Assembly: GCF_002105155.1 (NCBI RefSeq)
Contig: NW_019029011.1
Span: forward strand, 434,001 to 487,744
Direction of reading: 5' to 3'
From: Lobosporangium transversale
Lineage: Eukaryota
Length of the DNA: 53,744 bases
Part shown: piece after piece, positions 35,667-47,981 of the stretch
Layout: every line of letters starts with the position of its first letter
Position numbering within the stretch: the stretch's first letter is position 1
Program-made: the position numbers and the translations under genes
The notes under the pieces: generated by a model
What the model saw: the letters and a program-made list of their open reading frames with translations, nothing else
Database searches by the model: none
What the model was told of the DNA's origin: nothing

Positions 35667-37284
35667 AATAGACTCGGCCCTTATTCTTCTTCATCGTCCG
35701 TATATGGTGCCTTCGTCTTTGACAAGGAGTAAGCTCTCAGAATCAATGCCCTCACTCAATATCTGCATCTCCGCTGCCAACTCTATTACACACCTGGCTG
35801 AAATGCTGGTGCATGAAGATTTCCTTAAGTATGTATGGAACTTTAGTACATTTGACATCTTCTTGGCGTCGCTGATCCACCTTACAAATTCCGCCTCGCT
35901 TGATATCTTCTTACAAAAGCAAGCGCGCAAGAATCTTGTCAAGACCATTGCCTATATGAAGAACCTTGGGAGCCGCTGGTTCAATGCTGCAAAATTCTCT
36001 ATGCTTCTCGAGGACCTGATGAATGCACATCTCAACTTTGATGAGTACAAGATGGATGATCATGCCTTTGAGTCGGAGGTAGCTGCCAAGGCTGGACAAA
36101 TAGACTGTCCCTATCCAATCATGCTCAGAGACCAAACTCATCCTTCCGGGGGTACGCTCATGTTTTCACCAAAAGTTGTGGGCGGTCCTCAGACACCTCT
36201 TTCTGCGTCGAGCACACCATCCTCTTCACCTTCAACACCACTTATTGTCAATCCAGATATCGTCCAAAATTCAAAATCGGGGTTCACTGGGCAGGATAAC
36301 TCCAACTTTCAGAATGTTCAAAATTCTCCTATATCTGATGCTAATATGCCTGCAACACATGGGTCAGTCAATGCGGCTGCTCAAACCGCTGCAAAACCGA
36401 AGAGGAGTCGCAAAGGAACGTCGAGCTCTCAACGCAACTCTTTACTGTTTCAAGGAAATACGCCTTCGAGCTCTTCTATTGATCAACCCACCTTCACGTT
36501 TTCGTCTCTCTCAATCCCAGGAATGTTTACTCATGGTCAGGCTTTTGTGGATTATAGGCAGATCATGAACCAGCAGCAACCGCCTCATCCATCACCATCC
36601 CAAATCCAGTCAACACAGCAGCAACAGCAGCAGCAACAACAACAACATCAGGAGCAACAATTACATGAATCACAACTCGCACAGCCGTTCTCTCTCACAC
36701 CCCTATTTTCTTCGCCTCTGGCGTTGCAAGAGAGATGCACCCAGCACCAGCAAACACTCAACAACGACCAAAATCATCCCGTGGACCCAATTCAGCATTT
36801 ACAACTTCAGCGACAACAGCAGTTCCTGCAGCATCAGCATGAATTTATTCAGCAACAGCAGTTCATTCAACAGCATCGATTGAATATGCGTCTACAGGAA
36901 CAACAGAAACAAGCTCAAGGAATGCCACAGCAACCGGAACAGCAACAATATAAAGCATGCGATGACATATCCGATAACAAAAATTTTGTATCATCGCCAG
37001 TTTTTAATGCTAGCGAGACCCGCAGTCAGGAAGGTAGTAGCAGCGCTATTAGCAGCAGTTACGACAAAGCTGGAAACAATACCAATACAACAACGACGTC
37101 CACAAGTGCCAACACGGTAGGAGCAACCGAAAGTTACTCAAATCTGGCGCTGTTCTCGCCACAGGAGCTGATTCAGGACCCAAACATGGTTGCTGTTCCT
37201 AATCCGTTCTTTGGTATCCCAAATACCATCAATTGGGATGAGTGGAATCAATTCATTGCTAATACAACTCTTCAAAAGTTTTAG
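33393..37284 (+). CDS. Zn(II)2Cys6 transcription factor with fungal-specific TF (Fungal_trans) domain and Q-rich tail; exons 33393-33445, 33851-33934, 34061-35514, 35672-37284
   Basis: The spliced product reads KRRRVSRAC DICRRKKVRCDG..PSCTNC..FGFQCT..KKRGPPKGYIEALENRL. It also has YFTYVHPNIPVLH, MAQDLGMHR, RKRLWWAVYVMDRW..GRP and LHRPY. Confidence 0.93.
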
Positions 37285-37303
37285 TTTGGATGCGATAAAA
37301 TAG

Positions 37304-37334
<31 letters not shown>

Positions 37335-37525
37335 AAAGTTATCATTATTTACTTGTATTATTTTACCCAGCACGTCGTGTAGTATAATATTTCCCATAGA
37401 AAAAAAATAATTCATCATGAAAAATAATAATAATAATAATAAATAAAAAAAAATAAAAAAAAATAAAAAAAATAAAAAAAACATAAATATTCTATGTGTT
37501 CATTTTTTTATTATACTTTGTTCTT

Positions 37526-40500
37526 TTAATTTCCCTTGATGGCGCCATTGGCATTACCGTTAAAAGCTGGGGGGGTTTCTTGACACTTGTCTCCGACTTG
37601 CTGAGCAATCATGGCCAGGAGACCTGTCCAGCCTGTTTGATGAGAGGCACCAAGTCCCCTGCCAGTCTCAGCATCAAAATATTCGTAAAACAAGACTAGA
37701 TTCTTAAAGAATGGGTCCTTGTCAGTTTTGTCATGGCCACCGTTTGCGGGACGTCGATCCTGCTTGTTTTTGCGTACCAATCGCATCAGTCGAATTTCAA
37801 TTTCCCAAGCAACTTCCTCGAGTGTTTTCATGATCCCAGATCCGGTAGGGCATTCGACCTTAAAGTCATTGCCATAAAAGTAATGGAATCTCTTCAAGCA
37901 TACCACCAAGAGGTAAGTTGTAGGAAGCCAAATGGGACCCCTCCAATTAGAATTTCCTCCAAACATCCCCGAGTCTGACTCGGCTGGAAGATATTCGACC
38001 TTAAATTCTTGTCCGCACATCCACATACTTAGCGGATTGTTTTTGTGGAACTTGGAAAGGGATCGGATTCCAAAAGGTGAGAGAAACTCCTCTTCATCTA
38101 GGACGCGCTTTAGGATAGCACGAAGCATGGTTTGATCAACGAGCGCCAACAGCACAGATCCATTCTCTTTGCTGTCCTCCTTCTTGAACACTCGGGCCGG
38201 TCGATGTTTCTCACGGTAAGCAAGAAGCCATTCAAGACGACGGGTGAACCCTGGGAAGAGTTCGAGATATTCAGGGTCGAGTGACAGGACGGAGAATAGT
38301 GGAATCACTCCGACTTGGTGGATCAAAATGATTTTAGACATTTGAATGGTCAAAAAAAAAAAAAAAAAAAAAAAAATAGTTATAATCCCGAACGTGCATT
38401 CCATCAACATCTAAAGTCTTCCTTTTTTTATGTTCTCTTGGTTGGTTGTTCATTTATAAAAGCATCTGCTTTGAACGAGAGGATTGGCTTACCTAAACTG
38501 CGCGTCTTTAGACGCTGAGTGTTCCCACCCGGCCACGAGATGGAGTCATAAAAAAAGTTATCGGTCGTGTCCCAGAGGGATTTTTCCTCTCCACCGGATT
38601 GGTATGTCATCGCATCCGAGATATGGAAGAAGTGCTCTAAGAATTTAGAGGCAATATCTTCGTATACAGGATTGCGTTTGGCCAACTCCAGAGCAATATG
38701 TAGCCTTATGTGTGACAAGTTATAGTAGAGTATCTTGGAGGTCAGAAATGGATAAATGGCCGTTGGGTAGAGGAAAAAACACGCTTGTGGTCATTGCCTA
38801 TTGCTTACATGCAAAGTGAGAAGAAAGCCATCCAGGAAGTACCGTCGGCCTGACGAAGTGTAGCCCCATTGGGCAGAGGCTCTGATCGGTTGAAAAGACC
38901 AATATTATCCAGGCCAAGGAACCCACCTTCAAAGACATTGTTCCCTTCTGTGTCCTTTCGGTTTACCCACCTATACATATTGGAGACGCATTGACACAAA
39001 AGAGTAAGCTTCTTTGATCTCTCATGTGGTATGCACCATATTATATATATAATGCAACCTATACGGGATAAAGTATATTCGGTTACCAAGTGAAATTTAG
39101 CAACAATTTCTGGAAGACGCGTTCCAGAAAGAGGAAATCCTTGCGACCATAGAGCCGGTCTTCGGTCCTGAACACCTGAAATGCCGCCCAAGCATGAACA
39201 GCTATGAATGTTTCAAAATAAAAAATAAAAATAAAAATAAAAAATAAAAAAAAATAAAAAATAAAAAAAAAATAGTGAGTAACAACATCATCATCATTAT
39301 CAGTAAGTCAGAGGCCCAAAGGTAAGGATAGTCTTACGAGGATTGACATCTGAAAAATTCCATTCATAAGCAGGAATCTGGCCAGACGGGTGCATATACC
39401 ACTCTCTCGTCAACAGGTCCAACTGATTTTTGGCAAATGTTGGGTCGACAATGGATAATGGGATCACATGAAACGCCATATCCCAGGCAGCAAAAAATGG
39501 ATATTCCCACTTGTCAGGCATCGAAAGGATGTCATCAATGTAGAGATGTCTCCATTCCCTGTTACGCAAATCTTTGCGCTCAGGTGGAGGAGCCATTCCC
39601 ACAGGATCTCCCTTGCGCCAGGATCGTTGATCGAAGTGATACCATTGCTTCGACCATAGCATGCCTGCCAGGGCCTGCCGTTGAATCATCCGCATGTCCT
39701 CAGTCATGTTTTTGAGTGCCAAATTGCCATAAAATTCTTCAGCGTCCTGGATACGCTCCTTCAAAATCTTATCAAACTTTTTAGGAACGATACTCCCATG
39801 GCCTTCTTGGCGGCTCAAGCGCACCCGAACTTGTACATGTCCCCCTGCTGGAACTTTGTCGAATCTGTATACGCCACCAGCCTTTGTGCCATGGTAATCT
39901 TCTGTGTTCACTGCTTCCTTTTTGCCATTGATGATATACTCATGAAAACCGTCCTTGACATAAGGACTCCTGTTGGAGTCATTGAATAATCTTTGTGTAT
40001 TTGACTCATTGTTGGTAAAGAGCAACTCAGGGCCATGTCCATGGTCGTGCTCGGCTGCTAAGGCTTCAAAATAAACCCATCGTTTCCCCAAGGTCTCATG
40101 ATCTGCCTTGATTACGTGAGGGTGCACCTTCTTGAGTGATGGGATCTGGACCTCCCCCTCTGGGAACCAAGACCAGGTATTACGGAACCAAATTTGAGGG
40201 ATGATACACAAGGGTGCATCTTGGGGGCCTCGATTAAAAGCTGTGATCTTGATGAAGATATCATCCACGTCCTCATCATCCTTTGCATATTCGACAAAGA
40301 CATCAAAGTACTTGTCCTGATCAAAAATCCCAGTGTCGAGAAGCTCAAACTCTGGATCCGTTCGGCCACGACGCGTGCTCTCTTGGACAAGTTGCTCATA
40401 TGGGAACTCAGCTTGAGGGTACTTGTACAAATACTACATGTTATGAGGCAGGATCGAAAGCCACAGGAAGAGATAAAGAGGTAAGTGTCAGTGATGATTA

Positions 40501-41566
40501 ATCTGGTGTCTTTCTCATTCAAACTTTTATTTTGCTAAGCCCGGTCTGTCTAAATCTTAATCTTATTTGATTTCAAATTCCTCTCTCAGTCTCATAAGCC
40601 TCAATTTGCTTACTTTCATGTACGAGTGAGTGGGTGTATTATCCAGGTAGTAATACAGTTCCTTGACATCTTCACCATGGTTGCCTATTTTTTTTAGATT
40701 TACAAAAAGTTATAGCTTAATAAGCATCCGAGTGGCTTCTAAAAAGCGCTTAGGAGTATCAGGCACTTATGCTAGTAGTGTCTTCGTTTCTAAAAGCCAT
40801 TGATCAGCATTTTATCAAACCTTCATGATTGGTTAGGCCATAAAGTCGTTCTTTCAGGATCTTGTCTTGCCCATTCCAAAGCGCCACAGAAAAACAGAGT
40901 CGTTGATGGTTGTCAGACAAGCCTGCAAGACCATCTTCTCCCCAACGGTACGTCCTGGATCGTGCATGATCATGAGGGAAGAAACGCCAGGCATCACCGT
41001 CACCACTATAATCCTCGCGGACCTAGTTTTTTTTTTTTTTTTTTTTTTGACCGTTGAAGTGAATCAATGTCAATGAAAAACCAATTCGGCTTCTACTCCT
41101 CCGAAGTGTACGACTTTATATAAATAAAGAAGAGGTCAAAGCATCGCCCAGCTTTATATGCTAATATGCCCATTGTTTTACTATGACAATTTTATCACTT
41201 ACTGTAGCCTGGAAGTGTGAGAAAAAAAAAAAGTTGACAAAGATAATGGTTAGAAGATCTTTCTATCAGTAAGTCAAACAGGATACCTGTACAATAATGA
41301 TTTACTGCGTTGAAGATGTATTTCTGTTCATTACCCACTGACGTTCAGAGAGGTATGGGCCCCATCTAATAATGAATAATAGGTTAATAACACCAATACA
41401 AACATTTATTCTACTGTTCAAATGTTCAAAAAAAAAAAAAAAAAATTCAATGTGACCAAATAAGGTTTATGTGTTCTCACCTCATCCAATGCTTGCTACG
41501 CTCATTTGATTGGGCCAATCGCTTCATTTCAGTCGAGGAATCAGGTGGAATGACTTTGGGCTTCAT
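37526..41566 (-). CDS. GH63-like glucosidase (yeast YMR196W / mannosylglycerate-hydrolase-like family), about 10 exons including a 6-nt microexon
   Basis: [109 protein letters not shown]. Confidence 0.92.
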
Positions 41567-41961
41567 TTGTAATAACACACTCTAGCAGGCGTGGTCAACG
41601 AAATTAGAAATGGAAAGAGTGAGTGTGCGTAAAGGTGATATTATTAAATTAAAACCGATACTGAGGTGATAATAGAAAACAAAGAGCGAGAGGAAAGTGA
41701 AGAGGAGAGAGGAGAAGAAGGAGAGGAGAAGAAGGCGAGAGAAGAGAGAAGGAATAGAAAGAGAGTTGATGAATAATAAAATCTCCCTAAACTAGTCGAG
41801 CATATTCAAGACATTAGGGACCGAAATATCCGCAAAACAAAAAACGCGACGGTATTGGCTCGTTCGCATTTACAGAAAAACGCGCCATGCATGCATGCAT
41901 TTGCGTATCCATGAGAAAGATAATCACAATCTAGAGGATTACGCCTCCTCTGTCCGTGTGT

Positions 41962-42340
41962 AAAGCATACATGTGACAAATAGGGAAAGTGAACTGGATT
42001 TTAACCGTCATGAGAAAGGCTGGTTTTTACCCTACTGATGAAAAGTTGTAATAGAAACTGAATTTAACACGAATGGAGCTGCCCATTTGGGTATAGGTGT
42101 TTGGGCCTGAAACCATCGTCTGTTGCTTATCGTTGAATACCTACAAGCCAGAATCCGTCTTTTCGGAGACACTACTCCTGAATCGTGGCGCACAAGGTTA
42201 TCGTGTTGGGCGAAAAGGTCCTGTGTATGCTTGCTAATGTTATTTTCCAATATAAAAGCGGTAAATCCTTGCAGACGATTTTGATTGAACGGAGTGTTGT
42301 AAGCTGTAGAGTAGCTTTGTCGCAATTATCAGCTGAAGGT
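41962..42340 (+). mobile_element. Highly decayed non-LTR (L1/Tx1-like) reverse transcriptase remnant
   Basis: Across frameshifts: KAY...VNWILTVMRKAGF, NTNG...LGIGV...LLLIVEYLQARIR, TRLSCWAKRSCVCL. The order and spacing match the LINE RT motifs KAYDRVNW..L..MGF / NG..GVRQG..E.L...IR / L..YADD. Confidence 0.45.
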
Positions 42341-43632
42341 GTGACCATTGTTCTATGGATTTATTCGCAAGGACAACATCTTTTCCCTCTCTCCGTGGAA
42401 GGGTCCTTTATAGCACTATTTACTGAAGGAAGAACATGGGAAGTGGCACATTGTACAGGGAGGCCGAGGTCTTTTTCACCCCTCTTCTGTAGATCATTAC
42501 ATTGTGCTATGCATTTAGTTGCAACATGAATATTTTAAGCCATACTGCTTGCAACTCATCATACATGTAATCCTCTCACAACGTGCGTTGGCAAAATCCT
42601 TAAATGGAAGAGCTGCCTTAACTATCTTCTACAAGGTCCAAGATTGGATGTGTTTGAAAAGTACGTCAGCAAGCGAAGGAAGCCCTAGGGGTGAGACCGA
42701 GGAGGAAGACTGGGTTAAGAAGACAGTGAGTTCTGACAACGACTTCTGGCAGAAGTTGCAGCCCCGTATACAAGCTGCAGTCATGAGTGAGAAGATAACA
42801 AGGCCCGATTTGGACTATCCCGGCCTACTAGAGCAAAGGAAAACAGCGTTACAGAAGCTGCACCCCTTCTAACGTTCGGGTTTACTACGACTGTCTATGG
42901 CCTCATGAGCACTTCCAAGGTTGCATCTGAGTTTATCGTTGATGCCGATAGGCAGCCAACTTAAAGATTCAAGTCCTCCTCTCATAACTCCTGCTAGTTT
43001 TACTGATGTGTTGTTTTTGATATCGAACGAAATATGCGTTCTCTTTCGAAACATAGAGGCATAATGTCCAGATTTCGATTCGATACAACTGGCCGTTCGA
43101 AAGATAGAATGATAAAATATATCAAAAGTTACATTATCAAATACCTGAAGTCAATTTTTCAAATGAAGAGACTAACAAGTTCATATCGGCCCCACAGTTT
43201 CTTCGCAGATATAATATGGGAGTAAAAGACATCATACAGCCTAAGGTCTAGCAATAGCCCTTGGTCTCACTGAATACTGTCTCATCAACCGAGAGGAAAA
43301 GCCGGCTCGTGGCCGTCCTCAACCATGTTAAAGCTTCTTCATGGTCCCCAAAGTTCCTACAAAACACTTGGGGCCCCTAAACTGGCGCTGCCGAGGATGT
43401 CTCCGAATCAGCAATCATCTCAAGCCATCTCACACAAAGTCCATAAGTCTATCACCCACTTCCAACGACGTCAAATTCTACACAAGTGTTCTTGCGTCCT
43501 CCGCCGAGCGCTTTTACAATGTTCGCTGACGCTACATCAACCTACGGAGTAATTATCACATCTCCCACGACATAGACGTTCAGTATCTCAACAGATATGT
43601 AGAATTACAGTGATGGTGTTAGCACTGCTCAT

Positions 43633-43830
43633 AAAGAATCGTGCTGTGCTACACATATTTTGGTGTTACAGCCGGACTTTTTAGCGCAGTGCTCTGCTGG
43701 AGAAAAATATGGGCAGGGCAACAAATCGTATTTTACCTAAAGTTCCATTGCGGATTGAACTTCATTGAAATGTTCTGGGGTACAAACAGATACTTTACCA
43801 AAGCACGTTGTAATTACGCCTTTCAAAGGA
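43633..43830 (+). mobile_element. IS630/Tc1/mariner-superfamily transposase C-terminal remnant (frameshifted)
   Basis: KESCCATHILVLQPDFLAQCSA, then a frameshift to FYLKFHCGLNFIEMFWG.NRYFTKARCNYAF. This matches the fungal transposase motif CC..L..QPDF..Q.S..PKFHCELNFIE..WG..K..R..CDY.F. Confidence 0.7.
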
Positions 43831-44965
43831 CTACGAGAAATAAAATCGAAGGCATTTGCTCCTCAAGAAATAGACATGATGCAAAAAGTGTTTCGCCACA
43901 AGACGTAAACCTGCAAATTGGGATCTGGTTTAAGTCTGGTTATATTCGCAACCCTAAATATAACAATGATATCATGTAGAATTAAGTTGTCATGATTTTT
44001 GTCTCTATGTAAAATGACAATACAATACATGAACATTCAGATTTTGTGTCGATAAAGCTCTCATAAAAAATGGCTTTTTTTTTTATCTAGCTGCCATAAG
44101 GAGAAAGAAAAGCCATTTCCCTTGTTGGTCAATTTTTATGCAGCTAGATGTGGGGCACTGTTGGCATACTTCAGGGTAAGGGAAGAAAAAAAGTATGTTG
44201 CTCCAAGATAGTCTTTAAGGTTCAGCCATGCAAGCTGATCTATTTTATCACCACGCCTTGTGTACACGACTGTGCCCTGTTCCAGGAAAAGTGATGCACT
44301 GTTGTTTTGGCGCATGACAACTCGATATTATCTAGGAGCGAAGACTGGAGACTAGATAATGCCATGGCTCTTGTTTATGTTCGCTTCCGAATGGACACAA
44401 CCAATTACGCCACATCAAATGCTAGGCTGTTGGGCTCGAAGAGATGAAAATAAAAGTATTGCAACTCGGGGCGTCGATCCCTAGAACGGGAGAGAATGTA
44501 GTATAGGGAGAGGATGGAAATGGAAAGACGGTTGCAGCGCCGCTAACTGTCCACTTTTTTGCTCAAGTGCCAGCAAGAGTAGAGAGAAGAGAGAAGCCTC
44601 ACCCCAACTAGGCTCTAGTGGAGGACGAGGAAGTGTCAGTTTTGCACTGCTCCACTGAATGCAGGAAACACGCTTTCGAAGGTTTCAAAGATGAAGTGGA
44701 TACCAGGAAAATAGTTATTTGCTTCCAATCCTATTCTCCGTGGAAAATAATAACCGAAGATTGAGCTTGTTTTAATAACACTTTTGTATAGACAAATGTG
44801 CCTGTATTGTTTATATGCAATTAGGCGGCGAAATACGCAATACAGCTTTGTGGATGTGGACTAAAACGAACATCTTTGTGTAACGTTAGATAACGATCAA
44901 AACCAACGCTAAAAATTCTTGCAAGGGTCATTCTCGAAACCTTGTCGAGGAAGATCCCTCGCCGT

Positions 44966-44974
44966 TATATAAAG
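44966..44974 (+). promoter_or_regulatory. TATA box of the hexosaminidase gene
   Basis: TATATAAAG about 130 bp upstream of the ATG, followed by a pyrimidine-rich leader. Confidence 0.55.
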
Positions 44975-45097
44975 ACTAGCAGTTGAGTTCCAATTCTGTC
45001 CCATCCCTGCCTTTCTCTTCTTTTCTTCCTTCAATTCTTTCTCCCTCTTTTGTAATTTTTTCCTTCTAAGTTCTTCGCTGTATATATTTCATTTCAT

Positions 45098-47127
45098 ATG
45101 CACGCCGGTCTTTCGTCCTTACTGTGCGTGGCGGCGCTTGTTCTGACAGCCGCCATAGCCCAGCCAGCCTTTGCTGCTGCCTCCAATCCCCCAAGCCAGG
45201 TAATCCAAGGTATCCCCGCTGTCAACCCGGTCAAACAGCCCTGGATCTGGCCTCTCCCTCAGAATTGGGAGCGTGGCTCCAACACGCTCAAGGTCTCTGA
45301 GCGTATCCGCTTCGAGGGCAAGGGTGCTCGCCAGCCTATCATCTCTAAAGCCATTAAGCGTTACCAAAACCTCATGTTCAAGAAGGAGGACTACCCCATG
45401 ATACCCTACAACTGGTCCACTACTGACAATAAGCCTTCTCGTTCTTCTCTGAACACGGTCGTCATTGATATCGAGACCACAGACGATCACCTCGACATGG
45501 ACACGGATGAGAGTTATACTTTGACTATTCCCGTCAATGGCAAGGCTGTCATCCAGGCTGAGACTATCTACGGCGCCCTCCATGGTCTTGAGACTCTCTC
45601 TCAGCTTATCCAGTACTTCCCCGAGCGCCGCTCTTACTATATCCCCAATGTTCCTTGGAAGATCTCTGACTTTCCCAAGTACAAGCACCGTGGTATTTTG
45701 CTCGATACCTCTCGTCACTACTATACCGTCCAAGAGATCGAGAAGATCATCGATAGTAAGCAATAACCCCTTGACTCGACCATACGCCATGAGTACAAGG
45801 ATTGAATGTTTGACTTGTGTAATTTACCGTTGTATTCCTCACCTCCAATAGCCCTGTCCTGGAACAAGCTCAACGTTTTCCATTGGCACATGCTTGACTC
45901 GACCTCGTTTCCTTACGTTTCCAAGAAGTACCCCGAGCTTGCTGCCAAGGGTGCCTACTCGCCGCGCCACGTCTACACGGCCAAGGACATTAGGCAAATT
46001 GTCCAGTACGCCAAGGAGCGTGGCGTCCGTGTCATCCCTGAAATGGAGGCCCCCGGCCACAGCACTGCCTGGGGCTATGGTAAGTTGAAATTCAATCAAA
46101 CTACAAGCGACAGTCAAACAAAATCTAAATTGTGAGAGAGTTGAGAGAGTTGAGAGAGTCGAGAGAGTTGAGAGAGTCGAGAGAGTCGAGAGAGTTGAGA
46201 GAGAGGATTCTTACCGGTTATACTTCGCTCTCCCCGTCCCTGCAACTTTTCGTTTGTTTGCCTGTAGGTATCCCAGAGATCGCTTCCTGCCTCAACACTC
46301 AGCCTTACTTTGGTTACACGGTCCAGCCTCCTGCCGGCCAGCTCAATATTGCCCATCCTAAGACAAAGGAGGTTGTCTATGGCTTAATTGACGAGTGGGC
46401 TGAGCTCTTCCCTGACTCATTCTTCCATGCCGCGGGCGATGAGGTCATCATGCAGTGCTGGTCCAACGACACGTACATTACTGACTATTTGAAAAAGAAC
46501 AACCAGACACTGATGGAGCTCTTTGAAGAGTTTGTTCTCGACATGGAGGACCACGTCCGCCAGAAAAACAAGACGGTCATGGTCTGGCAAGAGATGCTGC
46601 TCGAGTACCATTTTAACCTGCCCAAGGATACCGTCATTCAAGTCTGGATCGGCTCTGAGGGTGTTAAGGAGGTCACCGAGAAGGGCTACAAGACAATCGT
46701 TTCAGCTCAGAACTTCTGGTATCTAGACCTTGGATTCGGTCGTCCTCGCTCCAACCCATATCCTGAGGTGCAGGGCGCTGGCTTTAATCACTGGAATCGT
46801 GTCTACTCGTATGATATGCGCGCCAACCTGACCAAGGAAGAGGCCGACTTGATCCTGGGTGCCGAGGCCACCATGTGGGGTGAGCTTGCAGATCCCAATA
46901 ATATCGAGGACCGTCTGTGGCCCCGTGCTGCTGCTTTTGCCGAGCGTCTGTGGTCCGGCTATGAGAATCTAAAAGGAGAGTCCCTCATCAGCGCTGATGC
47001 CATCCTCCGCCTGCTGCCTTGGCGTGAGCGCTTGGTCCTCCGTGGCGTCCGTGCTGGCCCTCTGAATCAGGGTTTCTGTACACGCAACCCTCTGGACTGC
47101 TTCCAACCTCCTAATCCTAACAAGTAA
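45098..47127 (+). CDS. Secreted GH20 beta-N-acetylhexosaminidase; exons 45098-45755, 45852-46079, 46268-47127
   Basis: Signal peptide; WPLP, DESYTL, YGALHGLETLSQL, D.PKYKHRGILLDTSRHY, KLNVFHWH..DS.SFP, RGVRVIPE..PGH, H.AGDE, WYLD, GAEATMWGE, WPRAAAFAERLWS. Confidence 0.95.
46133..46205. repeat. 9-bp minisatellite (GAGAGAGTY) x about 8 in hexosaminidase intron 2
   Basis: gagagagtt/gagagagtc units in tandem. Confidence 0.9.
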
Positions 47128-47405
47128 CTATCTCCAATACAATGTGGGAGAAGGGCAGCAATATTCTTCCTGTTGATGACGGAGAGTTTATGAAGAAGCA
47201 TCATTCATTTAGAGATCGAAGGCTAAAAACTTCATTCTTGGGCACTGCAAGGTAGAGATGAAATCCGTGTGCGTGCCTCGTGGAGAGTCTTCATGTAATA
47301 TTTAGCATAACCCTTAATCGATAACAGATTGACTTGCCGTACTATAAACTATTCTACCATATAATTCATTTTTAGCACTTTACTTATAAGTGAAGTACCC
47401 AGAAA

Positions 47406-47437
<32 letters not shown>

Positions 47438-47697
47438 GAAGTGCAAAGTCTGTTGACGCGAAGTCAGATGTCAAATCAGATCAAGATGTGCCAAGCAAAA
47501 TTGCTAGAGATATAGATTTGTTGTTACACTAACTGAAATAACGCTTCGCCCAAATTCCATTGTAGCGATGTCACTTTTTAGTCGACTCATGTTTTTCAAC
47601 ATCTTTTTGAAGTTCACACCCCAATGACAAAGAGCTTCAAGTGATTTTGATACATTTGTTTTTAAAATACACAAAAACCTAAATTAAAATCTATGCA

Positions 47698-47729
<32 letters not shown>

Positions 47730-47981
47730 ATATTCCCGGTTCCTGTTTTTTCCCTCCCTCTTGTAATATGTCCCTATGTGTTATATCCTCGTCCTTATGC
47801 TTTTTTATGCGTCCTCTATGATGGTATGATGGCTTCCCATGCCTTACCAAGCTGGATGATCCATACGCGTATGTCATAAATGTGTGAATTGAATATGGTG
47901 CGTGTGATGTATTTATATATATGTATATAGATGTATATGTCCATGCATATGAATGTGTGTGGAAAATAGCAAATCACGCAA

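Noticed and set aside
41283..41292. CAG|GTATCC inside the intron before the microexon (recursive or zero-length exon)
   Set aside because: It would leave a 48-nt sub-intron with no clear branch site, and a CAGGT is not unlikely by chance in 126 nt.
41985..42290. Possible Fanzor/TnpB remnant (ELD, FNT, frameshifted EYLTSQ)
   Set aside because: Needs extra frameshifts and lacks the zinc-finger CxxC pairs and the RuvC RD motif. The LINE reverse-transcriptase reading explains more motifs in the correct order.
45119..45790. 223-aa antisense ORF over the hexosaminidase, and similar shadow ORFs over other genes
   Set aside because: Explained by codon bias of the sense gene; no independent motifs.
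46132..46267. ORF-track N-terminus RELRELRES on the hexosaminidase
   Set aside because: It is a translation of the intronic 9-bp minisatellite; the true exon starts at 46268.
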